From Octopus sinensis (taxonomy: Eukaryota): a DNA stretch of 64,000 nucleotides. Shown piece by piece: positions 50,831 through 64,000 of the stretch. How positions within the stretch are numbered: position 1 is the first letter of the stretch; each line of letters opens with the position of its first letter. The translations under genes were made by a program, and so were the position numbers. Location: contig NC_043005.1 in assembly GCF_006345805.1 (NCBI RefSeq), forward strand, positions 40,548,001-40,612,000. The letters are read 5' to 3'. The notes under the pieces were generated by a model, which saw nothing but the letters and a program-made list of their open reading frames with translations, was not told the origin of the DNA and searched no databases.

Positions 50831-51543
50831 CTGTAAATTTTAAATCAAAGCATAAGAACGTGGATAGAGGCTGATATCTTAACATTTTGGAAGGTCTTGA
50901 GTATAAAAAAAAAGATTATTAAAGATTTATATAGATCTACATTCAGAGTATGACTATAAGCTATTGTGTTTAAACCTGGTTTCTATCCTCAAACTGTTCC
51001 GTTTTGTAGATGCAATTTTTTTTTTTAAATAATGCACTCCGAAATTAGGAAAGTCAAAAATCTGCAACAATCTCGGTCCCATGAGTATCGGATAACGGAT
51101 TTTCAACTATGAAAAGAAACTGATTGTGGTGATCGTAGTTTTGACGGTGATTGTGGTGAAAGCAGAGACAGTGTTGATGATGACGATGGTCAAGATAAGT
51201 ATGGGAGGAGGATAAAACAGTATCGTGGTTATAATGGTGACAGGAGCAGAGTGATATGTGATGCTGAGATGATGATGGTGGTAATAGTGGCGTTGATGAT
51301 TGTGTTAGTTGTGTGAATAGGGTATTGTAGTGGTTATACTGGTTGTGGTGGTGAAAGTGACTGTCAAGGTAACCGTCACGATAACGTCGATGTCGGTGTA
51401 TGTGATTGAAGTGGAAGCAATGACAATGCTGCTGGTGGTTGTGGTGGTGGTGATAGTGGTAGGATAGTTGTACTGGTGATTGTGATATGGTGGTTGTGGT
51501 GGTCGTCATCATCGCCGTCGTCGTCGTAGTGCTGCTCCTGCTG

Positions 51544-51584
51544 GTTTGGCGGAGGTCTGCGCTCTCTGAGTGCTTTTCTAGTTT
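51544..51584 (+). mobile_element. Helentron/HINE-type 3' end
   Basis: TTGGCGGAGGTCTGCGCTCTCTGAGTGCTTTTCTAGTTT: subTIR, small hairpin, CTAG and T-rich target. Confidence 0.55.
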
Positions 51585-52246
51585 TGTAATAATACAGTTT
51601 ATTATGAAGTGTCAAACAGTTTCGTCGCACTTCTGATAATCAGAGGCTCTGGACCCACCCACCCCCCGTCACACACACACACTCGAACTATATTATATAA
51701 CGCGATTCTAAGATAAATTTAAAGTAGATACAGTTTTTAAGCCTTTCACCTTTCACCGTGAAGCTTCACACAGATATGTATATATCTTATTCCTCTCTAG
51801 GTAGATAAAATAATAAAGAGGTTGCTGTGATATGTTTCACGATTTGTAGAACCCTCATCAGAAGGTAACATCCTCTCATTCCTATCTCTACGAAGAGATC
51901 TTATAACAAATCGTTATTAAAATCACTCACAATCTGAAACTTAGCTGTAATGGCTAAACTAAGATGCATATCGTACGTTTGTCGGTAGCAGGATTAAATA
52001 ATTGTTAAATATTCATGCGCAACACACTGTGCATTTGAAAATACAAGATTAAGGCTTAAAAACCATTTAACTATTTAACGAATTTGAATCTATCTTTAGT
52101 TTTCTAATACGCACTGTGTATAAGAAATACATTAATATTAATTATTAATAAAACAACTATTTTTACAATACATTTCTACTAATTTTCATGCCTGTATTTT
52201 TTTCCTCATAAGGCGTGGCTGTGTGGTAAGAAATTTGCTTCTAAAC

Positions 52247-52580
52247 CAGTAGTTCTCAACTGGGGTCCATGTGACCCCTGTTAAGATTTTTGGGAGTCCA
52301 CGCAACAAAATAGTAAATTGGGGATCCACAATAGTATTTCAAGGGCCCCTGAAAAAATTTTGATTTAGCTGTATGTATTGGTATATATTGCAAGAAACAG
52401 GTTTTTTTCTCTAAAGCTTTACATAAGTTCAACTTAAGTTAATGTGTGAAAAGCAAAATAGGAATTTGGAAAGAAGTTTCTATAAAACTAATTTCCAAAC
52501 AGCAAATGGCTATGGGGTTCCACCAAAATAAAATAGTGATCAAAGGGGTCCATAAAAAAAAAAATGTTTGAGAACCCTTG
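52247..52580. mobile_element. hAT (Charlie-like) MITE
   Basis: TIRs CAGTAGTTCTCAAC / TTTGAGAACCCTTG; perfect 8-bp TSD TTCTAAAC. Confidence 0.85.
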
Positions 52581-52845
52581 TTCTAAACCATGTGCTCTTG
52601 AATTCAAGCCCATTGCGCGGTACCTGGGGCAACTAAAACCACGGGCCGACCAAGGTCTTGTGAGTAAATTCGGTAGACGGAAGCTGAAAGAAGCCCAGCT
52701 CACATACATATATACGCTTGACAACCGGTGTTGGTTTGTTTACGTCCCCACAACCTAGCGGTTCGGTAAAAGAGACTGACAGAATAAATACCAGGCATGA
52801 AAATAAAATGAAAATAATTCCTGGGATATATTTGTTCAATGAATC

Positions 52846-53089
52846 TAGTGATTCTCAATCAGGGTCCATATAAGATTTTGTTGTTAAAATTTATCTGCAA
52901 AAAATTACTTCTACTTGTACAATACACAAAATATTTTAACATTTTTTAAATACAATTCCTAATAATATTTAATTATAAAATTACAATAGGATTTTTTTAA
53001 ACATTGAATGGCTATGAAGGTCCATCCAAGTAAAATGATAATCTATGAGAAAGTGGAGTCCATGAGCTAAAACTAGTTGAGAATCACTG
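52846..53089. mobile_element. Related hAT-like MITE
   Basis: TIRs TAGTGATTCTCAA / TTGAGAATCACTG; TSD not recognisable. Confidence 0.7.
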
Positions 53090-53239
53090 GACTAGAACCT
53101 TCAAGGCGATGCCCCAGCATGGCTGCAGTCGAATGAATTATTATCGATTCTGCATAAATCTCCAACGAGACATTGTGATTTTCTCTTTTTAATGTACTAT
53201 GATTTATCGCCACAGAAGTTGTTGTTATTATCATTATCA

Positions 53240-53402
53240 TTTATTTCGTCTGCCGCCACGCTCTGAGTTCAAATTCCACCGAGGTCGACTCTGCCTTTCA
53301 TCCTTTCAGGATCGATAAATTAAGTACCAGTGAAACGTTGGGTTGATGTAATCGACTTATCCCCTCCCCCAAAATTGTTTCCCTTGTGACAAAATTTGAA
53401 AC

Positions 53403-53474
<72 letters not shown>

Positions 53475-54159
53475 CTTATTTATTTATTTCGTCTGTCGCT
53501 ACGTTTTGAGTTCAAGTTCTGCCGAGGTTGACTTTTCCCTTCCATCCTTTCAGGGTCGATAAATTAAATACCAGCGAATCACTGGGGGTCGATGTAATCG
53601 ACTTACCCTCTCCCCCCAAATTTCAAGGCCTTGTGCCTTCAGTAGAGAGGATTATTATTATTAAAAAGGCGGCGAGCTGGCAGAATCGTTAGCACACCGC
53701 GCAAAATGCTCAGAGGTATTTCGTCTGTCTTTATGTTCTGAGTTCAAATTCCGCCAAGATCGAGATTGCCTTCTATCCTTTCGGGGTCGATAAATTAAGT
53801 ATCAGTGAAACAATAGGGTCGATGTGATCGATTTAACCCCTCCCCATGAATTTTGGATTTTGTGCCTATAACAGAAAATATTATTATTAAGGCGACGAGC
53901 TGACCAGAATCGTTAGCGAGCTGGACGAAATACTTAGTGGTATTTCGCCTGTCTCTACGTTCTGAGTTAAAATTCCGTCGAGGTGACTTTGCCTTTCATT
54001 CTTTCGGGATCGATAAAATAAGTACCAGTGAAACACTAGGGTCGATGTAATCGACTCTTCCTCCAACTCCAAAATTTGCTGTCCTTGTGGCAAAATGTGA
54101 AACCATCATTATTATTATTGATATTAAAAAGGCGGTGGCCAGGCAGAAATGCTTAGCGC

Positions 54160-54208
<49 letters not shown>

Positions 54209-54219
54209 TATTATTATTA

Positions 54220-54254
<35 letters not shown>

Positions 54255-54966
54255 TATTATTATTTATTTACTTATTATTTATTTCGTCTGTCGCTACGTT
54301 TTGAGTTCAAGTTCTGCCGAGGTTGACTTTTCCCTTCCATCCTTTCAGGGTCGATAAATTAAATACCAGCGAATCACTGGGGGTCGATGTAATCGACTTA
54401 CCCTCTCCCCCCAAATTTCAAGGCCTTGTGCCTTCAGTAGAGAGGATTATTATTATTAAAAAGGCGGCGAGCTGGCAGAATCGTTAGCACACCGCGCAAA
54501 ATGCTCAGAGGTATTTCGTCTGTCTTTATGTTCTGAGTTCAAATTCCGCCAAGATCGAGATTGCCTTCTATCCTTTCGGGGTCGATAAATTAAGTATCAG
54601 TGAAACAATAGGGTCGATGTGATCGATTTAACCCCTCCCCATGAATTTTGGATTTTGTGCCTATAACAGAAAATATTATTATTAAGGCGACGAGCTGACC
54701 AGAATCGTTAGCGAGCTGGACGAAATACTTAGTGGTATTTCGCCTGTCTCTACGTTCTGAGTTAAAATTCCGTCGAGGTGACTTTGCCTTTCATTCTTTC
54801 GGGATCGATAAAATAAGTACCAGTGAAACACTAGGGTCGATGTAATCGACTCTTCCTCCAACTCCAAAATTTGCTGTCCTTGTGGCAAAATGTGAAACCA
54901 TCATTATTATTATTGATATTAAAAAGGCGGTGGCCAGGCAGAAATGCTTAGCGCCATTATTATTAC

Positions 54967-55015
<49 letters not shown>

Positions 55016-55689
55016 TAAAAGGCGATGGGCAGGCGAAATGCTTAGCGGCATTTCGTCCGCCTTTACGTTCACATTCTGCTGAGGTCGACTTTGCCTTTCA
55101 TCCTTTCGGGGTTGATGAAATAAGTACCAAGTGAAACACTGGAGTCGATGTGATCGACCTAACCTCTCCTCACTAATTTCAGACCTTGTGCCTATAATAG
55201 AAAGGATTATCATTAAGGCGGTGAGTTGGCAGAATCGTTAGCTTTCCGGGCGAAATGCTTAGCGTTATTTCGTCCGTCTTCATGTTCTGAGTTCAAATTC
55301 CGCCGAGGTTGACTTTGCCTTTCATCCTTTTTGGGGTCGATAAAATATGTACCAACTGAGTAGTGAAGTCAATGTAATCGACTATCCTCCTCCTTCAAAT
55401 TTCAGGCCTTGTGCCTATAGTAAAAAGGATTATTATTATTATTATTAAAAAGGCGGCGAACTTCAGAATCGCTAAGCACGCCGGGCGAAATAGTGATATT
55501 TCGTCTGCCGCTATGTTCTGAGCTCAAATTCCGCCAAGGTCGTTTGCCTGTCATCCTTTTGGGTGCCGATTGAATAAGTACCAGTTACGAACTAGAGTCG
55601 ATGTAATCGATTTAATCCCTCCCCCACAAATTTGAGGTGTTATGCTTATAGTAGAAAGGATTATTATTACTATTATTATTATTATTATA

Positions 55690-55731
<42 letters not shown>

Positions 55732-55951
55732 TAAAAGGCGATGGGCATGCGAAATGCTTAGCGGCATTTCGTCCGCCTTTACGTTCACATTCTGCTGAGG
55801 TCGACTTTGCCTTTCATCCTTTCGGGGTTGATGAAATAAGTACCAAGTGAAACACTGGAGTCGATGTGATCGACCTAACCTCTCCTCATTAATCCCTCCC
55901 CCACAAATTTGAGGTGTTATGCTTATAGTAGAAAGGATTATTATTATTATA

Positions 55952-56007
<56 letters not shown>

Positions 56008-56472
56008 AAAGGAGGCAGAATCGTAGCACGCCGGGCGAAATGCTTACTGGTATTTCGTCTGTCTTTATGTTCTGAGTTCAAATTCCGCCGAAGTCGACTT
56101 TGCCTTTCATCCTTTTTGGGGTCGATAAAATATGTACCAACTGAGTAGTGAAGTCAATGTAATCGACTATCCTCCTCCTTCAAATTTCAGGCCTTGTGCC
56201 TATAGTAAAAAGGATTATTATTATTATTATAAAAAGGCGGCGAACTTCAGAATCGCTAAGCACGCGGGCGAAATAGTGATATTTCGTCTGCCGCTATGTT
56301 CTGAGCTCAAATTCCGCCAAGGTCGTTTGCCTGTCATCCTTTTGGGTGCCGATTGAATAAGTACCAGTTACGAACTAGAGTCGATGTAATCGATTTAATC
56401 CCTCCCCCACAAATTTGAGGTGTTATGCTTATAGTAGAAAGGATTATTATTACTATTATTATTATTATTATA

Positions 56473-56514
<42 letters not shown>

Positions 56515-56732
56515 TAAAAGGCGATGGGCATGCGAAATGCTTAGCGGCATTTCGTCCGCCTTACGTTCACATTCTGCTGAGGTCGACTTTGCCTTTCATC
56601 CTTTCGGGGTGATGAAATAAGTACCAAGTGAAACACTGGAGTCGATGTGATCGACCTAACCTCTCCTCATTAATCCCTCCCCCACAAATTTGAGGTGTTA
56701 TGCTTATAGTAGAAAGGATTATTATTATTATA

Positions 56733-56785
<53 letters not shown>

Positions 56786-57430
56786 AAAGGAGGCAGAATC
56801 GTAGCACGCCGGGCGAAATGCTTACTGGTATTTCGTCTGTCTTTATGTTCTGAGTTCAAATTCCGCCGAAGTCGACTTTGCCTTTCATCCTTTTTGGGGT
56901 CGATAAAATATGTACCAACTGAGTAGTGAGGTCAATGTAATCGACTATCCTCCTCCTTCAAATTCCAGGCCTTGTACCTATAGTAAAAAGGATTATTATT
57001 ATTATTATTAAAAAGGCGGCGAGTTGGCAGAATCGCTAGCACGCCGGGCGAAATAGTGATATTTCGTCTGCCGCTATGTTCTGAGTTCAAATTCAGCCAA
57101 GGTCGTTTGCCTTCCATCCTTTTGGGGGTCGATTGAATAAGTACCAGTTACGAACTGGAGTCGATGTAATCGACTTAATCCCTCCCCACAAATTTGAGAT
57201 GTTATGCTTATAGTAGAAAGGATTATTATTACCATTATTATTATTATTTATTATTATTATTATATTATTATTAAAAAGGAGGCAGAATCGTTAGCACGCC
57301 GGGCGAAATGCTTACCGGTATTTCGTCTGTCTTTATGTTCTGAGTTCAAATTCCGCCGAAGTCGACTTTGCCTTTCATCCTTTCGGGGCGGATAAATTAA
57401 GTACTAGTTGCGTCCTGGGGTCGATTTAAT
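53240..57430 (+). repeat. Tandem head-to-tail array of OK-like SINEs with (TTA)n spacers
   Basis: About 17-19 units of ~200-280 bp; higher-order duplications with offsets of 795 bp (53887 vs 54682) and 783 bp (55632 vs 56415). Confidence 0.9.
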
Positions 57431-57769
57431 CTCCAAAAATTCGGGCTCAAATGGTTGTTTAAGAATGTTGAACGAAACACCCATGTTTCCAAAGGTGAAT
57501 TATTCAAACCCCAGAGAATTCCTCTCAACACATGGCTCTGATGCTCCCCCACTACTTCTGCACGTGATCAGAGATGCACATGTCGTCAGCCATTAATGGA
57601 CCTGCTCAACTGGTTATGGTCAAACAACTGACAAGCAGATTTGTGGTACTGAGCTGAATATTTGTTGTAGCCCACCTTTTATACTAAGACAAAACAATGT
57701 ACATGATAACACTTACAATCCGTTAAGATGAAAAGCCACGAAAGCCACTGCCTGGTACTGCATCAAGGC

Positions 57770-58612
<843 letters not shown>

Positions 58613-58622
58613 TATTATTACT

Positions 58623-58675
<53 letters not shown>

Positions 58676-59799
58676 TAATGTTGTTGTCGTTATCATCATC
58701 ATTATTGTTGTTTATTATTTATATTACACTCCATTTAACACAAGAATTTCGAAGCATGGCTATTCATGACAATTAAACTATTATAACCATACCACCACCG
58801 TTGACATCAAAATTACCATCAACACAAATTTTACAATAACAATCCCCACCACCACTACCACCACCACTACCACTATCACCACAACTACCACTGCCGTCGT
58901 CACTGCCACCACCACCACCACCACCACTAACACCACCACCATCGCCAGCATCTTATACCCGCCAACAACAACAACACTATTCTCATACTACCATTAATAC
59001 AATCATTAGTACGATTGCTATTATTATCTATTCCCAAAACCAGCAGCAACAAGAACAACACCTACCTCTATTGTTACCACCACTACCACCACCACCAACA
59101 ACAACAACAACAACAACCATGACCATTACAACTGTTAAACGAACCCACCACCACCGTTTTCGCTACTTGAGCTGGATGTCACAGTCTGTTTCCTGCGAGA
59201 TAGTTTGGTGACAATTTAACGGAAATTAGGGAAGGTGGGATGATGATAAAAGATGAGCTCAGTACACACGAATGAGAGTGAGAGCGGTGACAGTAGTGGT
59301 GGTGGTGGTGGTGGTGGTGGTGGTGATAGTGATGTGTGCGCGCGCGCGTGTGCGTACGTATATTTATATTATTGCGCCCTTCATCCTTTTCAATTATACA
59401 TAAAAATGTACCAGCTCAAGAAATTGTAATTAAAATTACGCTTTATCGTATTGAGAATAGCAATTTTCTACATCACTAATTCGGGTAATAGGTAGATAAT
59501 TAAATAAATAAAAAGCTAGGAGAGACAATCCCGGAATTTTAATTAAAATTAACTAAAAATGAGACGCAGTAAAGTAAGTGGGTAGGGTTTCATCTTTAGC
59601 ATTGCTGACACAACTGCAGGCCTGTTTCTGCCTTATTGAACTTTTTCAACGAAGTATAGTCTACCCTAGTGATTTTCAATTTTTTTGACTTCATAGTTTT
59701 TGACTGGAGATTATATATGAAAATTACTCGAATATTTCACAGGGAAAGTTATGAAAAACTGTTTTAAAATTAAAAGTTTAGACATATTTTTTTTTATCT

Positions 59800-60078
59800 T
59801 TTACTTGTTTCAGTCAATGGACTGCGGTCATGTTGGGGGCACTGCCTTGAAGGGCTTTAGTCGAACAAATCGACCCCAGGACTAATTATTTTTAAAGTCT
59901 GGTACTTATCGTATCGGTCTCTTTTGCAGAACCATAAAGAGGACGTAAACAAAGCCAACACCGGTTGTGAAACGGGGTGGGGTGGGAGACAGGCAAAAAC
60001 ACAGACAAAACACACGTATACATACGTACGTTCGTACATACATATATACATACATACATACATACATACATACATACA

Positions 60079-60112
<34 letters not shown>

Positions 60113-60270
60113 CGTATGATGGGCTTCTTTGTTTCCGCCTGCCAACTTCACTCAGTAAACTCAGTAGGTCCGGGGTTATAGTAGAAGACACTTTCCGAAG
60201 GTGCCACGTAGTGGGACTGAACCCCAAACTGCGTGGCTGAGAAACAAATTTCTAACCACACAGCCACACC
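59800..60270 (-). mobile_element. OR1-like SINE
   Basis: Reverse copy with an internal (TACA)n tract. Confidence 0.8.
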
Positions 60271-60717
60271 TAATTAAATATCTCTTATTTTGTTTTATTA
60301 ACCACACTTGTCGGAAACAAAATTATGAATAACACATTTTTTACTGTTCAAGAATTTGTTTTCCCCTTACTTTATTCAATTTTTAATCAATTTTAATTAA
60401 CTTAAATATACTAATAATGCAGGTTTAAATTCTGATGTCCACTTTGTAAGGTGGTTGATAAAGAATCTTCAACGTCGAGAAAAGACTCATTTGAGCTGGC
60501 ACTTTGGGGAAGTAATTTCCACCACGTGAAATCACAACCTACCGGAAAATGCACGACCCACTTATATTAAGTATGTGTGGTCGATAATGCTTATTACACC
60601 AGCGCTGTTTCTATTTTATATTTGAATTTATTCTTACGTATGCACATAGTTTTAAACTATATGCATATAAGTCGTGGATAGGTGGTACGATTCCCCTCCG
60701 ATTCGTTTCGGGTACAT

Positions 60718-60760
60718 GATGTTGATAAGCCACAAAAATGGCAAAACACTGGTGTCCATC
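60718..60760 (+). ncRNA. Type I hammerhead motif, U3:A8 variant with G12A lesion
   Basis: GAUG UUGAUAA GCCA CAAAAA UGGC AAAAC AC UG GU GUC CAUC: all three stems pair. Confidence 0.65.
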
Positions 60761-62711
60761 GCTCCTGAATGGGATTTAGGGTGAGTTGTCTCGCCTGTCT
60801 ATAGCTTTCTGGTGTTTCAACATTCGGTGCTTTGAGGGAATCATCTCCACCTCGCCATATCGCAGCATACCGGCAAACACACTTTGGTTTATAGTTAAGT
60901 ATGTGTGATCGATAATTATATCTTCTATCTTTGACTTTGTTCAGTTTTTGTACTGCAGCCATGCTGAGGGTGCCGCCTTACGTTGAACAAACCGGCAGGG
61001 TTCTAAACAAACCAACACCGGTTATCAAGCAGTGGTAGGGACTGGGGACAAATTCAAACACAAACACACACATACACATTGATTTAATTAAAGAGGATCC
61101 ATTAAGGATCAAGGCTTATCAAAGTGAAGCACGCCACAATTATTGGCGAGATAGAATGACGCGAATCAGACAGTTAAATAATCCATCATCATTTCACACA
61201 ATGCATTGATGAAAAGAAGTCCACTGTTTGGTAATCTGCAAGTCCAATAGTATTCAAAAGTGTCTAAGGATGAATGGAACTTGAAGCGTGGCGTAAAAAA
61301 CAATAAAAACAGATGAATTGCTTATCTGATACTGATATAGTTATTTCATTAAGAGTTTTTATTAAGACGTAAACATAGTTAATTAATCAAGTTGTCTCTG
61401 CTGGAATTAACTTATTTCTTATTTGGAAAATAAGTCCCTTTTGGAAACACTTTGAAAGATAAAGAAAGATGTGAATACACACTGATACTACACAAAACGT
61501 GAATTTCGAAGACACCCGATTAATGCTAAAGTTAGTTTGTGTGTGGTACGTTCGATGTTTGGATTTAGTGTCTACATATCGATCAAAAGGAAGATTATGA
61601 TTAAGTTTAGGATCGACAATCTGTCTGCGAACGAAACCTTAATTCCATTAAGAAAATACAAATATAAAATGCTCACCGACGTTTGTTTTAATGCGTGTTC
61701 AAGCATGTATAGGAGCATATACCTTTCAACAGCTTAAATTTCTGTTTGAGGTGCTATTTGCAAAAATACAACAACACCTCCCACTAATTTGTAGGGTTTT
61801 GTACGAAGGGTTCTTTTCGTCAGTAAATTAAAGAACATATATAGGATTCTTGTTTTATTTATCTCTTTGTTTATTTATTTATTTTGGTTGAAGACAATTT
61901 CACTACCTCGGTAGAGGTGTTTAACTACGTCATTTGAAAACATGCTTACGCCAGAGACACACAGATTAGGCTTTAGATGCCAGGAACATACAGATTAAGC
62001 AGATTAGGCTTAAGATGATTGTTTTCATGTTGGGGCCACAACTATAGCTGCTATTAGCAGAACACTTTACGTTTTGTAGATGCAACAAACGATCATTCCA
62101 AATTGCACGGGCAGAAATACAGAATCTTATCTATTAGATTAGGAAACTCAACATCAAGTTAGGATCGACATTCAGAGACATTGACAAAAGAATTAACATG
62201 ACGCCAGCAAACCATATCTAGAAACTACAGCAACAGCCCCTATAACATCGAAAAGCGGGTACTCGAAAGATCAAAATAATATGCGGCCGGATTGAAGGGG
62301 TGCAGCATTCGTAAGGCATAAAGCACACACATTCTGTTTGAGTGGAGGAACCACAACTATTTAATTTTCATAACAGAGACACTCACCAAATACTTTCATA
62401 AAGACAAGTTTATCCTCTCCAATTGGAAAATACCATTTACACTAGATTAACAACATCACAAATTACAATATCAGCTGAACGAACGGTAGTTTCTTTAATG
62501 CTCAATTAAAACATTCTACCATTTACATTCAAATATACACTCAAAATCAACATAATGCATACATTAGAACCTTTACCTTAACATACAACCACCTCTAGAT
62601 CAGTTACCATTCAACTGAAACATTCAAACCACCCATCTCAATAATCTCTGACAATGCAAGGAGCGCAACTTATTTTTAAATATCAATGACTTACTACACC
62701 TTCCAGTGAAG

Positions 62712-63010
62712 GATCATGGCTTAGTGGTTAGAGAAAGGGGCTCATGATCATGAGGTAGGGAGTTCGATTCTCAGACCGGGCTGTGTGTTGTGTTCTTGAG
62801 CAAGAAAATTTATTTCACGTTGCTCCAGTTCACTCAGCTGTATCGGCTTCTGCCTTTCCCTTGGACAACATCGGTGTCATTGAAAGGGGAGGCTGGTATG
62901 CATGGGCGACTGCTTGTCTACCGTAAACAACCATGCCCGGACTTGTGCCTTGGAGGATACCTTTTTTTTGGTGTAACCCCATGGTCATTCATGATCGAAG
63001 GGGGGTGATC
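62712..63010 (+). mobile_element. OR2 / Ceph-SINE-like element
   Basis: TGGCTTAGTGGTTAGAG A-box and GAGTTCGATTC B-box, then TGTGTTCTTGAGCAAG...TTGCTCCAGTTCACTCAGCTG. Confidence 0.8.
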
Positions 63011-63280
63011 TTCGCCCTTTACTACTCCTTCCTAACATTCACTCACAAGTAGAGTTTTCCTCGCAAGAATCCTGTCTGCTACAGATAGCCCCCACCTAAA
63101 GTTTAACTGAAGCCAATGTGAAGCTTGAAGGAAAATGTGGGGACAGCTTCGACTAAGCTTAAGGAGTTATCTTTCCCTATACATGAAGCTTACGTTTGTC
63201 TCCCAGATTCATAACTCTTAAAAGCATTAATGTTTTACTTTTACTTGTTTTAGCTAAAGGCTGCAGCTATCTATCAGGAA

Positions 63281-63350
<70 letters not shown>

Positions 63351-64000
63351 TGTGTGTGTGTTTGTGTGTGTGTGCATGCGCATGTGTGAGTGAGTGTAAA
63401 TTTATTAGCCGTCGTGTACATGCGAGAATGGTCTGGTTTTATCACACTTTTACTATTTTAGGCTCGCAGGAAGATATAGATATCCTCTCGGCCCTCGCCA
63501 AGTGGGACATCGAGGATGTGGCAGCTGGAGGGAGATTCAATAACTCCAACAGTCAGCTGGCACTCATTTTCAGCTGAGTTGAGTGAAATACCGTGAAATA
63601 AGGTGCATTGAAGGCCACAATGCACCGTCCTGTCCAAGAACGGAACGCATAACCTTATGATCGTGGGCCCATCACCCTAGCCACTAAACCACGCACGTTT
63701 GACACACCCACTTATCTACATGCATGCATGTGCGCATGAGCGTGTGAGTATGCGGCCGAATGGTTAAGAAAATTACTTCATAACCACGCGTTTCCTTGTT
63801 CATCCTCATTCCATAGAATCTTGGGCAAATCATCTGCAACAGCCTCGAGTCCACCTATATACTGAGTGAAATGGGGTAGGCGGAAACTGCAGAGAAGCAC
63901 TTTGGGTGGATTGTACCAGAAACGCTGATACAGTCTGAAAATTTCGTTGAGGTACATGTAGAATGCTTAACTACTTGCACATTAATTCAATGGACAAGAA

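Larger units (their letters stand above)
52210..53140 (+). mobile_element. OR1-like SINE carrying two nested hAT-like MITEs
   Basis: SINE head at 52212-52246, resuming at 52581; tail at 53090-53140. Confidence 0.8.

Noticed and set aside
51054-51512. 152-aa His-rich ORF
   Set aside because: Degenerate (GAT/GGT)n low-complexity DNA without splice or compositional support.
53240-57430. CRISPR-like or tRNA-gene array
   Set aside because: Units are ~200-bp SINEs with microsatellite spacers; there are no cas genes and no complete cloverleaf.
61880-62700. A/C-rich stretch suggestive of a decayed retroelement ORF
   Set aside because: No diagnostic motif could be recovered by eye, so it is left unannotated.

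Overview
AT-rich, microsatellite-saturated eukaryotic DNA. The SINE families resemble the OK/OR1/OR2 tRNA-derived SINEs of Octopus, so an octopod genome is inferred; the species cannot be determined from the sequence. Nearly all ORFs in the supplied track are microsatellite translation artefacts. One host gene can be assembled on the + strand from splice-phase-compatible exons (26421-26580, 27792-28018, 34269-34430, plus a candidate signal-peptide exon at 23997-24065). It encodes a ~205-aa, probably secreted protein with 17 Cys in three modules, resembling the Argos / scoloptoxin-11 architecture. Its last intron holds a 5'-truncated Penelope-like retroelement (RT + GIY-YIG) with a structured pLTR promoter. 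Several elements sitting in (TA)n tracts carry minimal type I hammerhead ribozyme motifs: one canonical, a four-copy family with a non-canonical core, and U3:A8 core variants (one of these, at 60718, is not in a TA tract). The rest is transposon debris: Tc1, mariner, CR1/L2-like, RTE, R4/Dong-like, Helitron, Helentron-type and several MITEs, plus a foldback palindrome and a ~4-kb tandem SINE array. No prokaryotic features, CRISPR arrays, rRNA genes or bona fide tRNA genes were seen. All family assignments come from motif recognition, not database searches.
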